Of a stretch of DNA of 64,000 nucleotides, positions 60,852-64,000 are shown one piece after another (position 1 is the stretch's first letter; each line of letters begins with the position of its first letter). Below the pieces are notes generated by a model. That model did no database searches. It saw only the letters and a program-made list of their open reading frames with translations, and was not told the origin of the DNA. Position numbers and translations under genes: made by a program. This stretch comes from Blastocystis sp. Blastoise (Eukaryota; Protista; Bigyra: Opalinata), in NCBI GenBank assembly GCA_039096225.1, contig JBBPEB010000030.1:806001-870000 (forward strand), written 5' to 3'.

Positions 60852-61341
60852 CAAAAGTATTGTTTATTATGTTGATTTTATTAACATCGTTATATTATTA
60901 TTTTATTATTATTATGAATGATAATATGTATTATTCTATAGTCATGTTAATGTAGTATATTATCCGTTACTTTGAGATTTGAGACAAGAAGTCTGGAGAT
61001 TCAGAACCAAAAACACATTCTATATAAAGTATATATATATACTTTATATATACATATATATACTTTATATATATATAATTATTATTGTACTTATTATAAT
61101 TATTATTGTATTCATCATTTTATTATAGTTATTATTATATTCATCTTTTATTGTAGTTATTATTACTATGCTTATGTATATATAGTATTAGATTGTATAT
61201 TAACAAGTCTATCTCTCATTTTTTTTCTCTCTTGTTATCACTCTTTCTCTTCTATACTCACAGTAATGCTCCAAATATACATAAATATTTAAATAAATAA
61301 TGCTTAACCTTCTCTACTTTCAGTCGTTATAAATGTATATA

Positions 61342-61633
<292 letters not shown>

Positions 61634-62006
61634 GGAATATATTTTGATTAAAATGTTATTGAATATCTATATATGTGTCTTAATGGATACTGAAGATGAA
61701 GATATTCATATATCTTTAACAGATGGTATTGTCTGCTATGAGTATATATATATATTTATATATCGTTATTATTATTATTATTAATATATATATAGACATA
61801 TGTATATGAATCAAAATACTAATACTGAAAATGAAGAAGGTATATATATATGTATATAATAATAATATATATATATATAGAAAGTCCAGTAAGTGTATTA
61901 GTTGATCTTTGTACTTCTCTATTAATATTTAATAATAAGACCCTTCGTGTTGTTCTTAATCAAGTATATATATTATATATCATGTATTATATATATATTA
62001 TATATA

Positions 62007-62056
<50 letters not shown>

Positions 62057-63365
62057 TATTTACTAGTATCTGTAGTCAGATAACAGAGAGTCAATTGATT
62101 GAAATGTCTCCTATATTATTAGAGAATGATAAGAAGGATGACAAAGAAGAAGAAGAAGAGAAGTAGAAGAAAATAATGATGCTGATACAGATAGTGATGA
62201 TAGCGATAGCGATAGTAGTGGTGATGATGATGATGATAATGATGAGAAGGAAGAGAATAATAGTGAAGAAGAAGAAGAAGATGAAGAAGATAGTGATGAC
62301 GATGATAGTGATAGTAGTGATGATGATGATGAAGAAGAAGAAGAAGAAGAAGATGAAGATGATAATGATAATGAAAAGAAAGTTATTGATGATGATGATG
62401 AATTATGGAAACAAGGAGTATATATATATATAACTATATATATATAACTATCTATATTTATATAATTATCTCAAGAAGATATTGATCAGATGAATAGATA
62501 TGATGATAAGATACGTAGTTATTTAACTATAAAGAAACAGATTAAGAAGGATGCTCTTAGTGAAAAACAAAAAACTATTAATTATAGACTTTAAATATTA
62601 GATTTACTTGAACTCTATATTGATAAAAATGTATATTATTATTATATTTATATTTATTATATATTTATTATTATTATTATTACATAGGCTGAAAATCCAA
62701 ATTTAGTTTGTTTGGTGTCTATTCTTGCTCAAGTGTTTGCTCTTTTCATGGTATATATAATATATATATATATATAATATATATATAATATATATATATA
62801 TATAATATGTATATAATATATATATATATATAATATGTATACTATATAATATATATATATATAGAAAGATAATAAAGAAACTGTTATTCTTGATAAATTA
62901 AAGCATATATATAAAGGAAAACTCTGTAGAACTAAATTACGTCTACCTAAAGATGCTTCTAAAGAAACTATGTATATATATATATATTATTATTATTATT
63001 ATTATATATATGTTATATATAGTATTGACTATACTGAACGTTGTTATAATGGTTTATATACCTGCATATTATTATGCTTAAAGACACCTAAAGTATATAT
63101 ATATATCTAATTATTATTTATTATTATATATAGGATAGTTATATATCTCATGAGATAGTAGAATATGTTTGTTTTGGTATTAATTTTTATTTCAATTTCT
63201 TATCATTATATTTGGATATTAATAAGAACTTCGAAGAGAATCGTAATAATTATATAGATATACAAAGATTAAGAGAAATGTTTGATTTATGTCTATTTGA
63301 TTATTTCCAAAGAAAGAAGTCACGTATATTATGTTTATTATTATTATATTTATTATTATGTAGTT

Positions 63366-63441
63366 ATTATATTTATACTTATTATTATACTTATTATTAT
63401 ACTTATTATTATACTTATTATTATACTTATTATTATTATAC

Positions 63442-63478
<37 letters not shown>

Positions 63479-63479
63479 G

Positions 63480-63572
<93 letters not shown>
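63366..63572 (+). repeat. (TATTATACTTAT)n followed by (TAT)n microsatellite, intronic
   Basis: Directly visible. Confidence 0.9.
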
Positions 63573-64000
63573 TAGTTTATTCTTTCTCTGCTATAATAAC
63601 TTTATATATACTGGTATCATGATACTTATGTTTAGATATCAAAGCACTAAATTTGTCTATATATTTGAATATTATAAGTATTATTCTTGTAAATAAATTT
63701 AAAACGTATATAATGAATATATATAATAATAAAACTAATACTAATAATATTAATAATAGTATTATTATTTCTCCTGTTTACTTTTTTTTATATACAATTT
63801 CTTCCATTTCTTCAAATGAATTCATATATATATTAATTTGGTTATTATATAAACCTTTTTATACTATTATTGCAAATACATTGTATTATATTTATTGAGT
63901 TATTTTTTTTATTAAAATAATTATATTTATTTATTTATATATATTATAATTTCGATATGTCCATATGAATATTTTCTATAGAAACATTTATGCTATTCAG

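Noticed and set aside
62592-62594. Stop-codon reassignment suggested by an in-frame TAA in a conserved motif
   Set aside because: TAA, TAG and TGA all terminate intact genes in this window, and the same locus also has a frameshift and a splice lesion, so pseudogenisation is simpler.

Overview
This is a very AT-rich, intron-dense eukaryotic (protist) chromosome segment, not a prokaryotic one. Most introns are GTATAT...ATATAG with (TA)n/(TTA)n expansions, so the ORF track splits real genes into fragments and adds many spurious low-complexity ORFs. Hand-spliced genes in order: NPSN-like Qb-SNARE (3' part), divergent EPL1-domain protein, VPS36, plant-type CCR4 deadenylase, an intronless bacterial-type sugar kinase + murQ pair, a degenerate beta-hydroxyacid dehydrogenase, GON4L/DUO3-like Myb protein, secreted EGF+GH43-like glycosidase, mitochondrial IF2, NOM1/Sgd1, Enhancer of polycomb, a HEAT-like (TTI2-like?) protein, an intact intron-containing MULE transposase, and a decayed POL5/MYBBP1A copy. 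Gene content, some ~40-nt introns and TGTTT(T)GTT 3' motifs would fit a Blastocystis/Opalinata-type gut stramenopile; this is inference only. Three highlights: (1) an operon-like, apparently horizontally acquired MurK-MurQ module for recycling the peptidoglycan sugar MurNAc, embedded between spliced host genes; (2) three frame-supported AT-AC (U12-type) introns in 64 kb; (3) an 8.8-kb non-autonomous CACTA/CMC-type element with 15-bp TIRs, a TAA target-site duplication, subterminal repeats and odd cargo. All family assignments come from motif recognition by eye; no database search was run.
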